A stretch of 64,000 nt of DNA, from assembly GCA_034520945.1 (NCBI GenBank), contig JAXHNB010000010.1, positions 160,001 to 224,000 on the forward strand, in the 5' to 3' direction. This DNA is from Trueperaceae bacterium (lineage in GTDB: Bacteria; Deinococcota; Deinococci; Deinococcales; Trueperaceae). Below, one piece after another: positions 37,923 through 50,356 of the stretch (positions within the stretch are counted from its first letter, which is position 1; every line of letters starts with the position of its first letter). Made by a program: the position numbers and the translations under genes. The notes under the pieces are model-generated. The model saw nothing but the letters and a program-made list of their open reading frames with translations, did no database searches and was not told where the DNA came from.

Positions 37923-38876
37923 GTGAGCGGGCCCGTCGCTCCATACGGCCCTACCGATCCTGACGGCGCCCGCGGTGCCCTCCTTGGTCTCGCGGTCGGC
38001 GACGCGCTCGGCACCACGCTCGAGTTCCGGCCGCCGGGCAGCTTCGAGCCGATCGACGACATGGTCGGTGGCGGCCCGTTCGGGCTGGCGCCGGGACAGT
38101 GGACGGACGACGCCTCGATGGCGCTGTGCCTGGCGGAGAGCCTGGTCGAACGCGGCGGATTCGACGCGCACGATCAGATGCAGCGCTACCTGCGCTGGTA
38201 CCGCCACGGGCACTGGTCGTCGACCGGGCGCTGCTTCGACATCGGCAATACCACGCGTGAGGCGCTGGCGCGTTTCGAGCGGACCGGCGATCCCCTGGCG
38301 GGTCCGACCGACCCGAACAGCGCCGGGAACGGCAGCCTGATGCGTCTGGCCCCCGTGCCCATGGCGTACGCGCACGACCCTGAACGGGCGGTGGAGCTGG
38401 CTGCCGCGTCCTCCCGCACCACGCACGGCGCCCGCGAAGCGGTCGACGCATGCTGCTACTTCGCGGGCCTGCTGGTCGCCGCGATCCGTGGAACGACCAA
38501 GGACGAGCTCCTGACGCCACGCTTCGAGGTCGTGGGCGGACTCTGGGACCGTGTGCCCCTCACGGCGAGCGTCGACGAGGTCGCCGCGGGCTCGTTCCTG
38601 CATCGGGCGCCGCCCGAGATCCGTGGCACGGGCCACGTGGTGCGGTGCCTGGAGGCGGCGATGTGGGCTTTCGCCGCCACGGAGGACTTCCCAAGCGGCG
38701 CGCTGGCCGCGGTCAACCTGGGCGACGACGCCGACACCACGGGGGCGGTGTACGGCCAGATCGCGGGGGCATACTACGGCGTGGACGCGATCCCCGACGC
38801 CTGGCGTGCGCGGCTGGCGAAGCGGACCGAAGTCGAGGGGCTGGTGGAACGGTTGGTGACCTCGAACATCGCCTAG
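37923..38876 (+). CDS. ADP-ribosylglycohydrolase (DraG/ARH family)
   Basis: GLAVGDALG, GQWTDD, AGNGSLMR, TTH, GDDADTTGAVYGQIAGA. Confidence 0.95.
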   Translation: MSGPVAPYGPTDPDGARGALLGLAVGDALGTTLEFRPPGSFEPIDDMVGGGPFGLAPGQWTDDASMALCLAESLVERGGFDAHDQMQRYLRWYRHGHWSSTGRCFDIGNTTREALARFERTGDPLAGPTDPNSAGNGSLMRLAPVPMAYAHDPERAVELAAASSRTTHGAREAVDACCYFAGLLVAAIRGTTKDELLTPRFEVVGGLWDRVPLTASVDEVAAGSFLHRAPPEIRGTGHVVRCLEAAMWAFAATEDFPSGALAAVNLGDDADTTGAVYGQIAGAYYGVDAIPDAWRARLAKRTEVEGLVERLVTSNIA

Positions 38877-38971
38877 GCGGTCGCATCATGGCACGGCGTC
38901 GGGGCGGCCCACGAAGGACCGCCCTGCACGACGTCGTTCCGGCGCCCGATCGCAACGCCGACCCGTGCGCC

Positions 38972-41224
<2,253 letters not shown>

Positions 41225-41343
41225 GTGGCCTCCAGGCGCCCACCGCCCCTGTGTGGAGGCGGGCGTGGGCGCATCGTGTCCGAGGGTACCGCGGCGGTCC
41301 GGTCAACGACGGGGACATCCGGCCCTCGCATCCGGGAGCACGC

Positions 41344-41397
41344 TTGACTTGGCGCTGAAAGGCTGCTAGCTTGCCTATGTTGAGTGTACACTCAACA
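41344..41397 (+). promoter_or_regulatory. Promoter plus perfect 20-bp TetR operator
   Basis: TTGACT N17 TAGCTT with extended TG; palindrome TGTTGAGTGTACACTCAACA at 41378-41397. Confidence 0.8.
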
Positions 41398-41417
41398 CTC
41401 GAAGGGGGAAGCGCCGC

Positions 41418-42047
41418 ATGCCCGAACGAACGACACCCCGCCGCAGGAGCGCCGAGGAGCGCAGGCGCCAGATCCTCGACGCGGCGCTCGGCCTGTTCGC
41501 CCGCAAGGGCTACAGCGGCACCACCACCAAGGAGATCGCGCAGCAGATCGGCATCACCGAAGGGTTGATCTTCCACTACTTCGGAAGCAAGGCCGAACTC
41601 TTGGTCGAGACGGCCAAGCAGCGCAGCGCCTTGCTGGTCGAGGTCCGTGCGCTGCTGCGCGAGGCCGACGGGTTGGCCGCCGCCGAGACGATGCCACGGA
41701 TCGCACGCGGCTGGGTCGAACTCGTCCACCGCCAGGGCGACTTGGTGGTGATGCTGGTCAGCGAGGCCCACGCGCATCACGAGGTCGGCGCGGCGTTCCG
41801 CACGCTGTTCGACGAGATCCGGGACGCCCTGGCGCGCTACCTCGACGGTCGGGTCGCGGCCGGTGAGCTTCGCGCGTCGCTGTCGACGGAGGTGGCGGCC
41901 GCGTCGTTTTTGTCCTCGCTGTTGATGTTCTTCTACACCCGTCGCCACCTCGACGACGCCGCCTGGGCCGAGGCGGCCGGCCCCTTCACCCGCGACCTGC
42001 TGGACACCTGGTTCGAAGGTGCCGCCGCACGCCGGAACCCAGCATGA
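41418..42047 (+). CDS. TetR/AcrR-family regulator
   Basis: ILDAALGLFARKGY, TTKEIA, GLIFHYFGSKAEL. Confidence 0.95.
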   Translation: MPERTTPRRRSAEERRRQILDAALGLFARKGYSGTTTKEIAQQIGITEGLIFHYFGSKAELLVETAKQRSALLVEVRALLREADGLAAAETMPRIARGWVELVHRQGDLVVMLVSEAHAHHEVGAAFRTLFDEIRDALARYLDGRVAAGELRASLSTEVAAASFLSSLLMFFYTRRHLDDAAWAEAAGPFTRDLLDTWFEGAAARRNPA

Positions 42048-42090
42048 CCACCTTCCACGCCTGGACACGCCAGGTGCGCTCATGCGTTCT

Positions 42091-42112
42091 ATTGAGTAAG
42101 TCACCACTCAAT
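42091..42112. promoter_or_regulatory. Second TetR-type operator upstream of the MMPL operon
   Basis: ATTGAGT-AAGTCACC-ACTCAAT; same TTGAGT/ACTCAA half-sites as 41378-41397. Confidence 0.65.
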
Positions 42113-42192
42113 CTTGTTGCCGAACCGAACTCGGAAGGGAGATCCCCCATGCCGCCAACCGATCTTCGCCCCCTCGCGCCCGGAGGTGTTTC

Positions 42193-44454
42193 GTGCGCCT
42201 GCTGACCTCGCTGGCCCTGCGGCGCACGACCCTCGTGATCGCCGTGTTCGCGCTGCTCACCGGCCTCTTCGCCTTCCGCGCCGCGCAAACCACCACCGAC
42301 GGCCGAACCGACGCCCTCTACCCGCCAGAATCCGACGCCGCCCTCCTCGACGACGAACTCGCGATCGACTTCGGTCAAGGCGAGCGGCTGCTGCTCGTGG
42401 TCGAGGGCCCGGTGTGGACCGCTTCGTCCCTCGAGGCGCTGCAGGACCTGACGCGCCGAATCGGCCGGCTCGACGGCACCCGCGACGTCACCTCGCTCGC
42501 GACCGCCCAGCGGCTCGAGGACGAGGGCGGCTTCCTGCACGTCCGCGATCTGATCCCGGACGACCTCGAGGACGAGGCCGCCATCCAAGACGCTCGCCGC
42601 TACCTCACAGGCGCGGACATGTACCAGGACGTGACCTTCGTGAGCGACGACGGCCGGCGCGCCAGCCTGATCGTCGAGTACGAGCCCGACATCGACGCCG
42701 CCAGCTACGCCCGGCGCGTGGACGCGGTGGCGGCGGAGGTGTGGCCCGGCCCGCACGCGCTGGCCGGCGCCGCCTTCACGACCATGGAACTGCGCGACAT
42801 CATCGCCCGGGACCTGCCGGTGCTCGGCGGCATCGCACTGGCGCTGATCGTGACGATGTTGTGGCTCAACTTCCGCGCCGCCCGCCGCGTCGCGCTGGCC
42901 CTGACGCAGATCCTGATCGGGGTGATCTGGGGCCTGGGCGCGTTCGAGCTTCTGGGTCAGCAGATGATGGCGCTCACCGTGATCGGCCCCATCGCGGTGA
43001 TGGCGGTCGGTGCCTCGTTCTCGATGCATCTGCTGGGACGCTACGACTACGAGCTGGCGCGCGGGACCGCCAAGCCGGAGGCGCTGCGCCGCACGTTCGA
43101 GCGCACCGGCCTGGGCGTCGCCGTCTCGGGCCTGGCGATCTCCGCGGCGATGAGCACCTTCCTGCTGTCGGAGTTGGCGATGGTGCGGGGCCTGGGCCTG
43201 ATCGCGGCGCTCGGCGTCCTCGCCTCGTTGCTGGCCGCGCTGCTGTTGCTCCCCGCGCTCTTGAAGCTGCTCCCCGACCCGCCGGGCGTGCCGGACCCCG
43301 AGGCGCCCGGACGCTTGCGCGGCCTGTTGGCGGCCCTGGGCGGCATGGTCACGCGCCGCACCCGCACCGTGCTCGCCGTTGCGGCGCTGCTGGTCCTCGG
43401 GGCCTTGGCGGGCCTCCCGCGCATCCAGGCGGACACCTCGATCCTGGCCTTCTTCCCCGAGGACGGCCCGACCCGCACCAGCGTGCGGACCGTCGAGGAG
43501 ACCCTGGGCGGCAGCTCGGTGATCCAAGTTCGGGTCGACGGCGACATCCTCGACCCTGCGACCCTGCGCGCGCTCGAGGCGTTTCAAGCCAGGGCCAAGG
43601 AGCTGCCCGAGATCGGCGGGGCGCAGTCGATCACGCACGTGCTGCGCGGCATTCACGAGACCCTCACGGGCGAGGACGCGCTGCCCGGCACGCGCCAGGC
43701 CGCGGCCCAGGAGTTGCTGCTGTACAGCTCCTCGGGCGACGCCTCCGAGCTGGCCAAACTGCTGAGCTTGGACGAACGCAGCGCGCTGGTGAACCTCACC
43801 GCCAGCTCCACCTCCACCACCCGCGGGCGTGCGTTGGTGGCCGAACTCGAGCGCATCGCGGACGCCACCCTCGCCGGCGTCGCCGAGGTGGGGTTCACCG
43901 GCCAGCCGGTGCTCGAACTCGCCGTCGAGGACGCGATGCGGCACGACTTCCTGATCAGCCTCACCCTGGCGATCGCGTTGGTGCTGGCGATCGACAGCCT
44001 GGTGCGTTCGTTCCGCGCCGCCGCCGTGACCATCCTGGCGCTGGTCGCGACCATCGCGCTGCAATACGGTCTGCTGGGCTGGGCGGGCATTCCGCTGGAC
44101 CTCGCGACGATGCTGATGGGCGCCCTCGCGATCGGCGTGGGCGACTACGCCATCCACCTCACCGTCCGCTACATGGAGGAACGCGCGCACGGCCGCCCAC
44201 CAGAGGGCGCGGTCGGGCACACCGTGATCACCTCCGGCCGCCAGATCCTGTTCACCGCCGCGACCCTCGGCGTCGGTTTCTTCGCGTTGACGTTCGCCGA
44301 TTTCGTGCCCGTCTCCACCCTGGGCTGGCTGATGGTGCTCACCGTCGTCCTGGTGGGCCTGGCCACCCTCACGCTCCTCCCGGCCGCCGTCCTGGTCGCC
44401 TTCCGCGACCCGGGCGGCCGTGCCGCGACCGCTATGAGAGGTGATTCCGCATGA
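42193..44454 (+). CDS. MMPL/RND-family transporter
   Basis: Two repeats of TM1, periplasmic domain and 5 TM; AIGVGDYAIHL; GFFALTFADF. Confidence 0.9.
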   Translation: MRLLTSLALRRTTLVIAVFALLTGLFAFRAAQTTTDGRTDALYPPESDAALLDDELAIDFGQGERLLLVVEGPVWTASSLEALQDLTRRIGRLDGTRDVTSLATAQRLEDEGGFLHVRDLIPDDLEDEAAIQDARRYLTGADMYQDVTFVSDDGRRASLIVEYEPDIDAASYARRVDAVAAEVWPGPHALAGAAFTTMELRDIIARDLPVLGGIALALIVTMLWLNFRAARRVALALTQILIGVIWGLGAFELLGQQMMALTVIGPIAVMAVGASFSMHLLGRYDYELARGTAKPEALRRTFERTGLGVAVSGLAISAAMSTFLLSELAMVRGLGLIAALGVLASLLAALLLLPALLKLLPDPPGVPDPEAPGRLRGLLAALGGMVTRRTRTVLAVAALLVLGALAGLPRIQADTSILAFFPEDGPTRTSVRTVEETLGGSSVIQVRVDGDILDPATLRALEAFQARAKELPEIGGAQSITHVLRGIHETLTGEDALPGTRQAAAQELLLYSSSGDASELAKLLSLDERSALVNLTASSTSTTRGRALVAELERIADATLAGVAEVGFTGQPVLELAVEDAMRHDFLISLTLAIALVLAIDSLVRSFRAAAVTILALVATIALQYGLLGWAGIPLDLATMLMGALAIGVGDYAIHLTVRYMEERAHGRPPEGAVGHTVITSGRQILFTAATLGVGFFALTFADFVPVSTLGWLMVLTVVLVGLATLTLLPAAVLVAFRDPGGRAATAMRGDSA

Positions 44455-45248
44455 CCCGAACGCCCAACGTCCGCACCGCCCCGACCCCGTCCCGCGCTCG
44501 CGCGCTCGCGCCGGCCCTGCTGCTGATCCTGGCGACGCTCCTTCTCGGTGCGCCCGCCGCCGCGCAGTCGTACGACGACGCGGACGCCCTGATGGAGGCC
44601 GTCGAGGCACGGCCCGAACCGGCCACGCTGCAAGCGACCATGGAGATGACCCTCACCAACGCCTCGGGTCAGACGCTGACCCGCGAGATGCGGACCTGGG
44701 CCCGCGGCGACGCCATGCGCCTGATGAAGTTCACCGCACCCGCCGACATCGCCGGCTCGGGCTTCCTGCGCATCGACGACGGCGCCACCGACGAGACGCT
44801 GGTCTACCTCCCCGCCCTCGACCGGGTGCGCCGCGTCGCCGGCGGCCAACGGGGCGAGTCGTTCTTCGGCTCGGACTTCTCCTACGAGGACGTCGAAGGC
44901 TTCGACCCGGCCGACTACCGCCACGAGCTCGTCGAGGTCCGGGACGGACCGGTCTACCTCGTCGAGGCCACGCCGCGTCCCGAGACCGCCTCGAGCTACG
45001 ACCGGCTGGTGCTCGAGGTGCCCGAGGCCACGTTGATGCCCGAACGCGTCACCTACTACCGGGACGGAGGCGCGGTCAAGGAGCTCACCGTGACCGACGT
45101 GCAGGAGGTCGGCGGGTACCTGCTGGGGCTCGAGCGCCGCATGGAAACGCTGGACCGCGGCACGGTCACGGTGATCCGCCAACGCGACCTGACGTTGGAC
45201 GAGGATCTCCCAGGCGACGTCTTCAGCGAACGCTTTCTGAGGCGCTGA
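44451..45248 (+). CDS. LolA-like periplasmic protein (outer membrane lipoprotein-sorting family)
   Basis: Signal peptide; FTAPADIAGSGFL, YLPALDRVRR, SFFGSDFSYED, VFSERFL. Confidence 0.85.
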   Translation: MTRTPNVRTAPTPSRARALAPALLLILATLLLGAPAAAQSYDDADALMEAVEARPEPATLQATMEMTLTNASGQTLTREMRTWARGDAMRLMKFTAPADIAGSGFLRIDDGATDETLVYLPALDRVRRVAGGQRGESFFGSDFSYEDVEGFDPADYRHELVEVRDGPVYLVEATPRPETASSYDRLVLEVPEATLMPERVTYYRDGGAVKELTVTDVQEVGGYLLGLERRMETLDRGTVTVIRQRDLTLDEDLPGDVFSERFLRR

Positions 45249-45249
45249 C

Positions 45250-46488
45250 ATGAGGCGTGCCCTGATCGTTCTGGCAACCATGGCGCTGATCCCCTTCGCC
45301 TTCGCGCAGCTACGAACCGACCTGAGCGGCCGGCTGGAGGCGCGCTTCGGCGCCGAGTCGACCGGCGAGCTGACCGCCTCGGGGGCCGAAGCGCGCTTGG
45401 CGCTGGACGGCGAGGTCGGATCCGAGTTCTACCCCAGCGCCGACTTCCGCGCCGAGCTCCGCGCCGAGGCCGACGCCGCCACCGACACCGCCTACGTGGC
45501 CGTGGACGAGCTGTGGAGCCGGGCGTTCCTGGGCGACGTGGAGGTGACCGCCGGCAACCAGCGGCGCTTCTGGGGCTCGACCGACGGCGTGAACCCGGTC
45601 GACCGCCTGAACCCACGGGACCTGAGCGTGCCCCCCGAGGAAGAGAAGCTCGCGGTGCCCATGGTCCACCTGCGTGCCTGGCTCGAGGGCGACGTGAACG
45701 TCGAGGCGGCGTTGGTCCCCGTGTTCACTGCCTCCACGCCGCCGGGCGAGGGGTGGCGGGACGCCTTCACGCCCACGCCCCCACCCGGCGTCACGATCAC
45801 GGAGGTACGGCCGCTCCGCGAGGAGCCTCCCGAACCGTCGGTGGAGAACCTCCAGTTCGGCGCCCGCGCGCAATGGCGCCCCTCCGGTTTCGACGTCGCG
45901 CTCAGTTGGCTGCACGTATTCCGTGACACGCCCACCCGTTCGGTCGAGATCGAACCGACCGGCGTTCCCGGCGAGGTGATCGCGCAACCCGTCGCGCGCT
46001 ACGACCGGATCGACGTCGTCGGCCTCGACGGCTCGGTCGCGCTCGGCGACGTGGTGCTGCGCGGCGAAGCGGCCTACCTGTTCACCCGCGATCCGGACGG
46101 CCGCGATCCCGCCGTCGGCAACCCCTCCTTCCAAGTGGTGGCGGCCGCCGAGACGCCCGTGCCGGACGGACCCCGGCTGATCGTTCAGGCCATCCTGGAC
46201 GGCGAAAGGGAGAACGCCTCTCCCAGCGGCGAGCTGGGCGGCATCGAGCTCTCGTGGCGCGCCATGCTGATCGCGTCCTACGCCCTGAACGCACGCACGG
46301 ACATGGAGGCCGCCTGGGTGCACGACTTCGACGGCAGCGGCATGGTCCGTCCCAGCGTGAGCTACACGGTGGCCGACGGGGTGACCGGCGCGCTCGAGGG
46401 CATGGTCGCCTACGGCGGGGACGACACCCGCTTCGGAGGCTGGCGCGAGCGCAGCGCTGCGACCGCGTCGCTACGCGTGGACTTCTGA
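45250..46488 (+). CDS. Putative outer-membrane beta-barrel (DUF1302-like)
   Basis: Signal peptide; GNQRRFWGSTDG.NP.D.LNP; amphipathic strands; C-terminal Phe (LRVDF). Confidence 0.7.
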   Translation: MRRALIVLATMALIPFAFAQLRTDLSGRLEARFGAESTGELTASGAEARLALDGEVGSEFYPSADFRAELRAEADAATDTAYVAVDELWSRAFLGDVEVTAGNQRRFWGSTDGVNPVDRLNPRDLSVPPEEEKLAVPMVHLRAWLEGDVNVEAALVPVFTASTPPGEGWRDAFTPTPPPGVTITEVRPLREEPPEPSVENLQFGARAQWRPSGFDVALSWLHVFRDTPTRSVEIEPTGVPGEVIAQPVARYDRIDVVGLDGSVALGDVVLRGEAAYLFTRDPDGRDPAVGNPSFQVVAAAETPVPDGPRLIVQAILDGERENASPSGELGGIELSWRAMLIASYALNARTDMEAAWVHDFDGSGMVRPSVSYTVADGVTGALEGMVAYGGDDTRFGGWRERSAATASLRVDF

Positions 46489-46698
46489 CGGGGCCGGCGC
46501 GTCCGCTCACGGGCGACACCTTCCGGCGGGCTGACGCATCCCCGTCGTACGCGTAGGCGCGGGTTTCGTCCTCGCGAACGCGCCGCAAGAGATGGCCTGC
46601 CCTGAGTGTGGTCGAACATGACGTGCCCCGAGACCCCTATGCGATGCGCGGATCCGCGCTATGGTCGCCCCTGGCTTTACTGCATGGAGGTGCGCCGC

Positions 46699-47673
46699 AT
46701 GCCTAACGCTCACGATCACGGAGTCGAGCAGACCAGCGACCGCCGCATCCTCGGCACGGTCGCGCTCAATGGACTGTTGACGGTGGCGCAGGTGATCGGC
46801 GGCCTCGTGTCCGGGTCGGTCTCGCTGCTGGCGGACGCGCTTCACAACCTCAACGACGCGATGGCGCTGGTCATCGTCTGGATCGCGCGCCGCATCGGCC
46901 GGCGCCGCGCCGACGAAACGCGCACCTTCGGGTACGACCGCGCCCGCACGGTCGGCGCCCTGATCAACCTGGTCGCGTTGGCGGTGGTGGCGCTGTTCCT
47001 CGCGTACGAGTCGATCCTGCGCCTTCTCGAGCCACGCGAGGTGGGCGGTTGGACCATGATCATTGTGGCCGGTGTCGCCCTGCTGGTCGACGTCGCCACG
47101 GTCGCGCTGTTGTACGGGATGCGGCGCGGTGGGACCGACGTGCGCGCGGCGTTCGTGCACAACGTCTCCGATGCGCTGGCCAGCGTGGCCGTCATGGTCG
47201 GCGGCGCCGCCATTCTGCTATCCGGCTGGTACTGGGTCGACCCGCTGCTTTCGCTGGCGATCGTCGGCTACGTGGCCTGGCAGGTCTCTGCCATGTTGCC
47301 CGAGACCGTGCGCGTGTTGATGGAGAGCGCACCGCCGGACCTCGACGTCGCGCGGGTCGGCGCCGACCTGCGCGACGTCGAGGGCGTCGAGGACGTGCAC
47401 CATCTCCACGCCTGGTTGATGGACGAGCAGCGTGTCGCGCTCGAGGCGCACCTGGTGATCGGCCGTGAGGTGGCGCCGCGCCTCGACGAGGTGGCACGGG
47501 AGGCACGGCGGCGTCTGCGCGAGGGGTTCGACATTCGCCACGCGACGCTGGAGATCGAGTTTCCAGGTACGGCCGCCGAAGAAGGCCACCGCACGACGCT
47601 GATCGCAGGGGACTGCTGCGGACCGGCCGCCGACAGTGCGGCCGGGGCGATCGACGTGTCCCGCTCAGCCTGA
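46699..47673 (+). CDS. Cation diffusion facilitator (CzcD/ZitB-like Zn exporter)
   Basis: RBS GGAGG; SLLADALHNLND and HNVSD (HD/HD metal site); TFGY; VHHLHAW. Confidence 0.93.
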   Translation: MPNAHDHGVEQTSDRRILGTVALNGLLTVAQVIGGLVSGSVSLLADALHNLNDAMALVIVWIARRIGRRRADETRTFGYDRARTVGALINLVALAVVALFLAYESILRLLEPREVGGWTMIIVAGVALLVDVATVALLYGMRRGGTDVRAAFVHNVSDALASVAVMVGGAAILLSGWYWVDPLLSLAIVGYVAWQVSAMLPETVRVLMESAPPDLDVARVGADLRDVEGVEDVHHLHAWLMDEQRVALEAHLVIGREVAPRLDEVAREARRRLREGFDIRHATLEIEFPGTAAEEGHRTTLIAGDCCGPAADSAAGAIDVSRSA

Positions 47674-47988
47674 GTACGGCCGCAGGCACGAGCGATCCAC
47701 ACCCGCGAACACTGTCGCGCGACCCGGCCATCGGTCGCGCTCCGACGTGTCGCATCCGCCGTCCGACGTAGACCGGCCGCGCAATCCTTGGTCGGATCGG
47801 GTGGGCGCGCTGCTCCGAAGGGCCCCGCAGCGCAAAGCACGGCCCAGACCTCCTCGGAATCGGCATCGCGTCGACGGCCTGTATCGAACGCACGTGCAGC
47901 GCAGGTATGAGTCGCCAGCCGCCGGAGTATATTATATTATTCGTCTTGGACCCGCCCGACGAACCGCACCAAGCGACGAGGAGACGGC

Positions 47989-49140
47989 ATGACCAAGCGG
48001 CGCGTAGGCATCCTCATGAACGGCGTCACCGGACGAATGGGCCGCATCCAACACCTGGCGCGCGCCATCATGGCGATCCGCGAGGACGGCGGCATCCCCC
48101 TGGGGGACGGCCACGTCATCTGGCCGGAGCCGACGCTGGTGGGCCGCAACGAGGCCAAGCTGCGCGCGCTGGCCGAGGCGCACGGCCTGGAGCGCTGGAC
48201 CACGGATCTGGACGCCGCGCTGGCCAACCCAGACATCGAGGTGTACTTCGACGCGCAGGTCACCAGCCGCCGCACCGACGCACTGAAGGCCGCCCTCGCC
48301 GCGGGGAAGCACGTCTACTGCGAGAAACCCAGCGCGGACACTCTCGACGACGCCATCGAACTGGCGCGTCGCGCGCGCGAGGCCGGCATCAAGAACGGCG
48401 TGGTGCAGGACAAGCTGTTCCTGCCCGGCTTCCTGAAGCTGAAGCGGCTCATCGACGGCGGCTTCTTCGGCCGGATCCTCTCGGTGCGGGGCGACTTCGG
48501 CTACTGGGTGTTCGAGGGCGACTGGCAGCCGGCGCAACGCCCGTCGTGGAACTACCGCGCCGAGGACGGCGGCGGCATCATCCTGGACATGCTGGCGCAC
48601 TGGCGTTACGTGCTGGACCACCTGTTCGGGCAGGTCCGGGCGGTGAGCTGCCTGGGCGCCACGCATCTCCCCGACCGTGTCGACGAAGCAGGTCATCCGT
48701 ACCGCACCACCGCCGACGACGCGGCCTACGCCATGTTCCGGCTGGACGGCGACGTGATCGCGCAGGTCAACTCCTCCTGGTGCGTACGCGTCTACCGCGA
48801 CGATCTGGTCACCTTCCAGGTGGACGGCACGCACGGCAGCGCCGTGGCGGGCCTGCACACCTGCCGGGTGCAGCACCGCTCGATGACGCCGAAGCCGGTC
48901 TGGAACCCCGACGCGCCCGGAACGCACGACTACCGCGACGACTGGCACGAGGTTCCGGACAACGGCACCTTCGACAACGGCTTCAAGACGCAGTGGGTGC
49001 ACTTCCTGGAGCACGTCGTGTCGGACGCCCCCTTCCCGCACACGCTGCTGGAGGGTGCCAAGGGCGTGCAGCTGGCCGAGCTCGGCATGCGCTCCTGGCG
49101 CGAAGGCCGCTGGCTCGACGTGCCGGAGCTGTCGGCATGA
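47989..49140 (+). CDS. Gfo/Idh/MocA oxidoreductase
   Basis: NGVTGRMG, GKHVYCEKP, VVQDKLFLPG, GGIILDM. Confidence 0.92.
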   Translation: MTKRRVGILMNGVTGRMGRIQHLARAIMAIREDGGIPLGDGHVIWPEPTLVGRNEAKLRALAEAHGLERWTTDLDAALANPDIEVYFDAQVTSRRTDALKAALAAGKHVYCEKPSADTLDDAIELARRAREAGIKNGVVQDKLFLPGFLKLKRLIDGGFFGRILSVRGDFGYWVFEGDWQPAQRPSWNYRAEDGGGIILDMLAHWRYVLDHLFGQVRAVSCLGATHLPDRVDEAGHPYRTTADDAAYAMFRLDGDVIAQVNSSWCVRVYRDDLVTFQVDGTHGSAVAGLHTCRVQHRSMTPKPVWNPDAPGTHDYRDDWHEVPDNGTFDNGFKTQWVHFLEHVVSDAPFPHTLLEGAKGVQLAELGMRSWREGRWLDVPELSA

Positions 49141-49150
49141 GTCGCTCGTG

Positions 49151-49184
49151 CGTATCCGGGTGTCCCCGACGCGACCTGGATACG
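49151..49184. repeat. Intergenic hairpin flanked by ATGAG direct repeats
   Basis: CGTATCCGGGT...ACCTGGATACG (11 bp, one G-U pair); ATGAG at 49137 and 49190. Confidence 0.5.
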
Positions 49185-49189
49185 GGCCG

Positions 49190-50356
49190 ATGAGCAGCGA
49201 CGCGCCGACGATCCGCCTGCCCCGGTCCGACGGCACCGTCGCGCCCTACGAAATGGCGGCCCCGCGCCGCTTCGCACCGCCGGCCGCGCCGCTTCGAAGC
49301 CGCGTTCTGTACGCCGCGGTGCACGTGGTCAGCGACCCGTTGGACGAGGACGGCGCCGGGCACGGCATCGACTGGGAGGCGACGATGGCGTTCCGCCGGC
49401 ACGTGTGGCGGCACGGCCTCGGCGTGGCGGAGGCGATGGACACCGCCCAACGCGGCATGGGCCTGTCGCACGACGCCACGCGCGAGCTGATCCGCCGCTC
49501 CTGCGCCGAGGCGCAGGCGGCCGGGGGTCGCATCGCGTGCGGCGCCGTCACCGACGGCCTGCCGGCCGACGCGCACCCGTCGCTGGACCAGATCGTGGCG
49601 GCCTACGCCGAGCAAGGGCACGACATCGAACGTCACGGCGGCCGGGTGGTGCTGATGGGCAGCCGGCACTTGGCGCGGGTCGCGCGCGGACCCAATGACT
49701 ACCGGCACGTGTACGACGCGGTGCTGTCCGAGCTGGACGGGCCAGTCGTGATCCACTGGCTGGGCGAGATGTTCGACCCGCAGCTGGCGGGCTACTGGGG
49801 CTCCCGCGATCTAGACGAGGCCACGGACGTGTGCGTGGGCATCTTGCAGGAGTACGCGGCGAAGATCGACGGCATCAAACTGTCCCTGTTGGACGCCGAA
49901 CGCGAGGTGGCGCTGCGCCGGCGCCTCCCCGAGGGCGTGCGCATGTACAGCGGCGACGACTTCCACTACGACGACCTGATCCTGGGCGACGCGCAGGGGC
50001 ACAGCGACGGGCTGCTCGGCATCTTCGACGCGATCGCGCCCGCCGCCGCCAGCGCCGTCGCGGCCCTGGACGCCGGCGACGAGGACGGCTACCGCGATGC
50101 GCTCTCCCCCACCGTCCCGTTCGCGCGGCACGTCTTCGCGGCGCCCACGTTTCGCTACAAGACCGGCCTGGTGTTCCTGGCGTACCTGAACGGGCACCAG
50201 GATCACTTCCGCATGCTGGGCGGGCAACAGAGCGCCCGCTCGGTGCTGCACCTGGCCGAGGCGTTCCGGCTGGCCGACCAGGCCGGGCTGCTGGACGATC
50301 CCCCGCGCGCCGCGCGGCGCATGGGCTGCTTCCTGGACCTGAGCGGCGTGACGTGA
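49190..50356 (+). CDS. DUF993-family DHDPS-like TIM barrel protein
   Basis: AAVHVVSDP, IDWEATMAFR, GVAEAMDTAQRGMG, HWLGEMFDP, GIKLSLLD, YSGDDF, YKTG. Confidence 0.88.
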   Translation: MSSDAPTIRLPRSDGTVAPYEMAAPRRFAPPAAPLRSRVLYAAVHVVSDPLDEDGAGHGIDWEATMAFRRHVWRHGLGVAEAMDTAQRGMGLSHDATRELIRRSCAEAQAAGGRIACGAVTDGLPADAHPSLDQIVAAYAEQGHDIERHGGRVVLMGSRHLARVARGPNDYRHVYDAVLSELDGPVVIHWLGEMFDPQLAGYWGSRDLDEATDVCVGILQEYAAKIDGIKLSLLDAEREVALRRRLPEGVRMYSGDDFHYDDLILGDAQGHSDGLLGIFDAIAPAAASAVAALDAGDEDGYRDALSPTVPFARHVFAAPTFRYKTGLVFLAYLNGHQDHFRMLGGQQSARSVLHLAEAFRLADQAGLLDDPPRAARRMGCFLDLSGVT

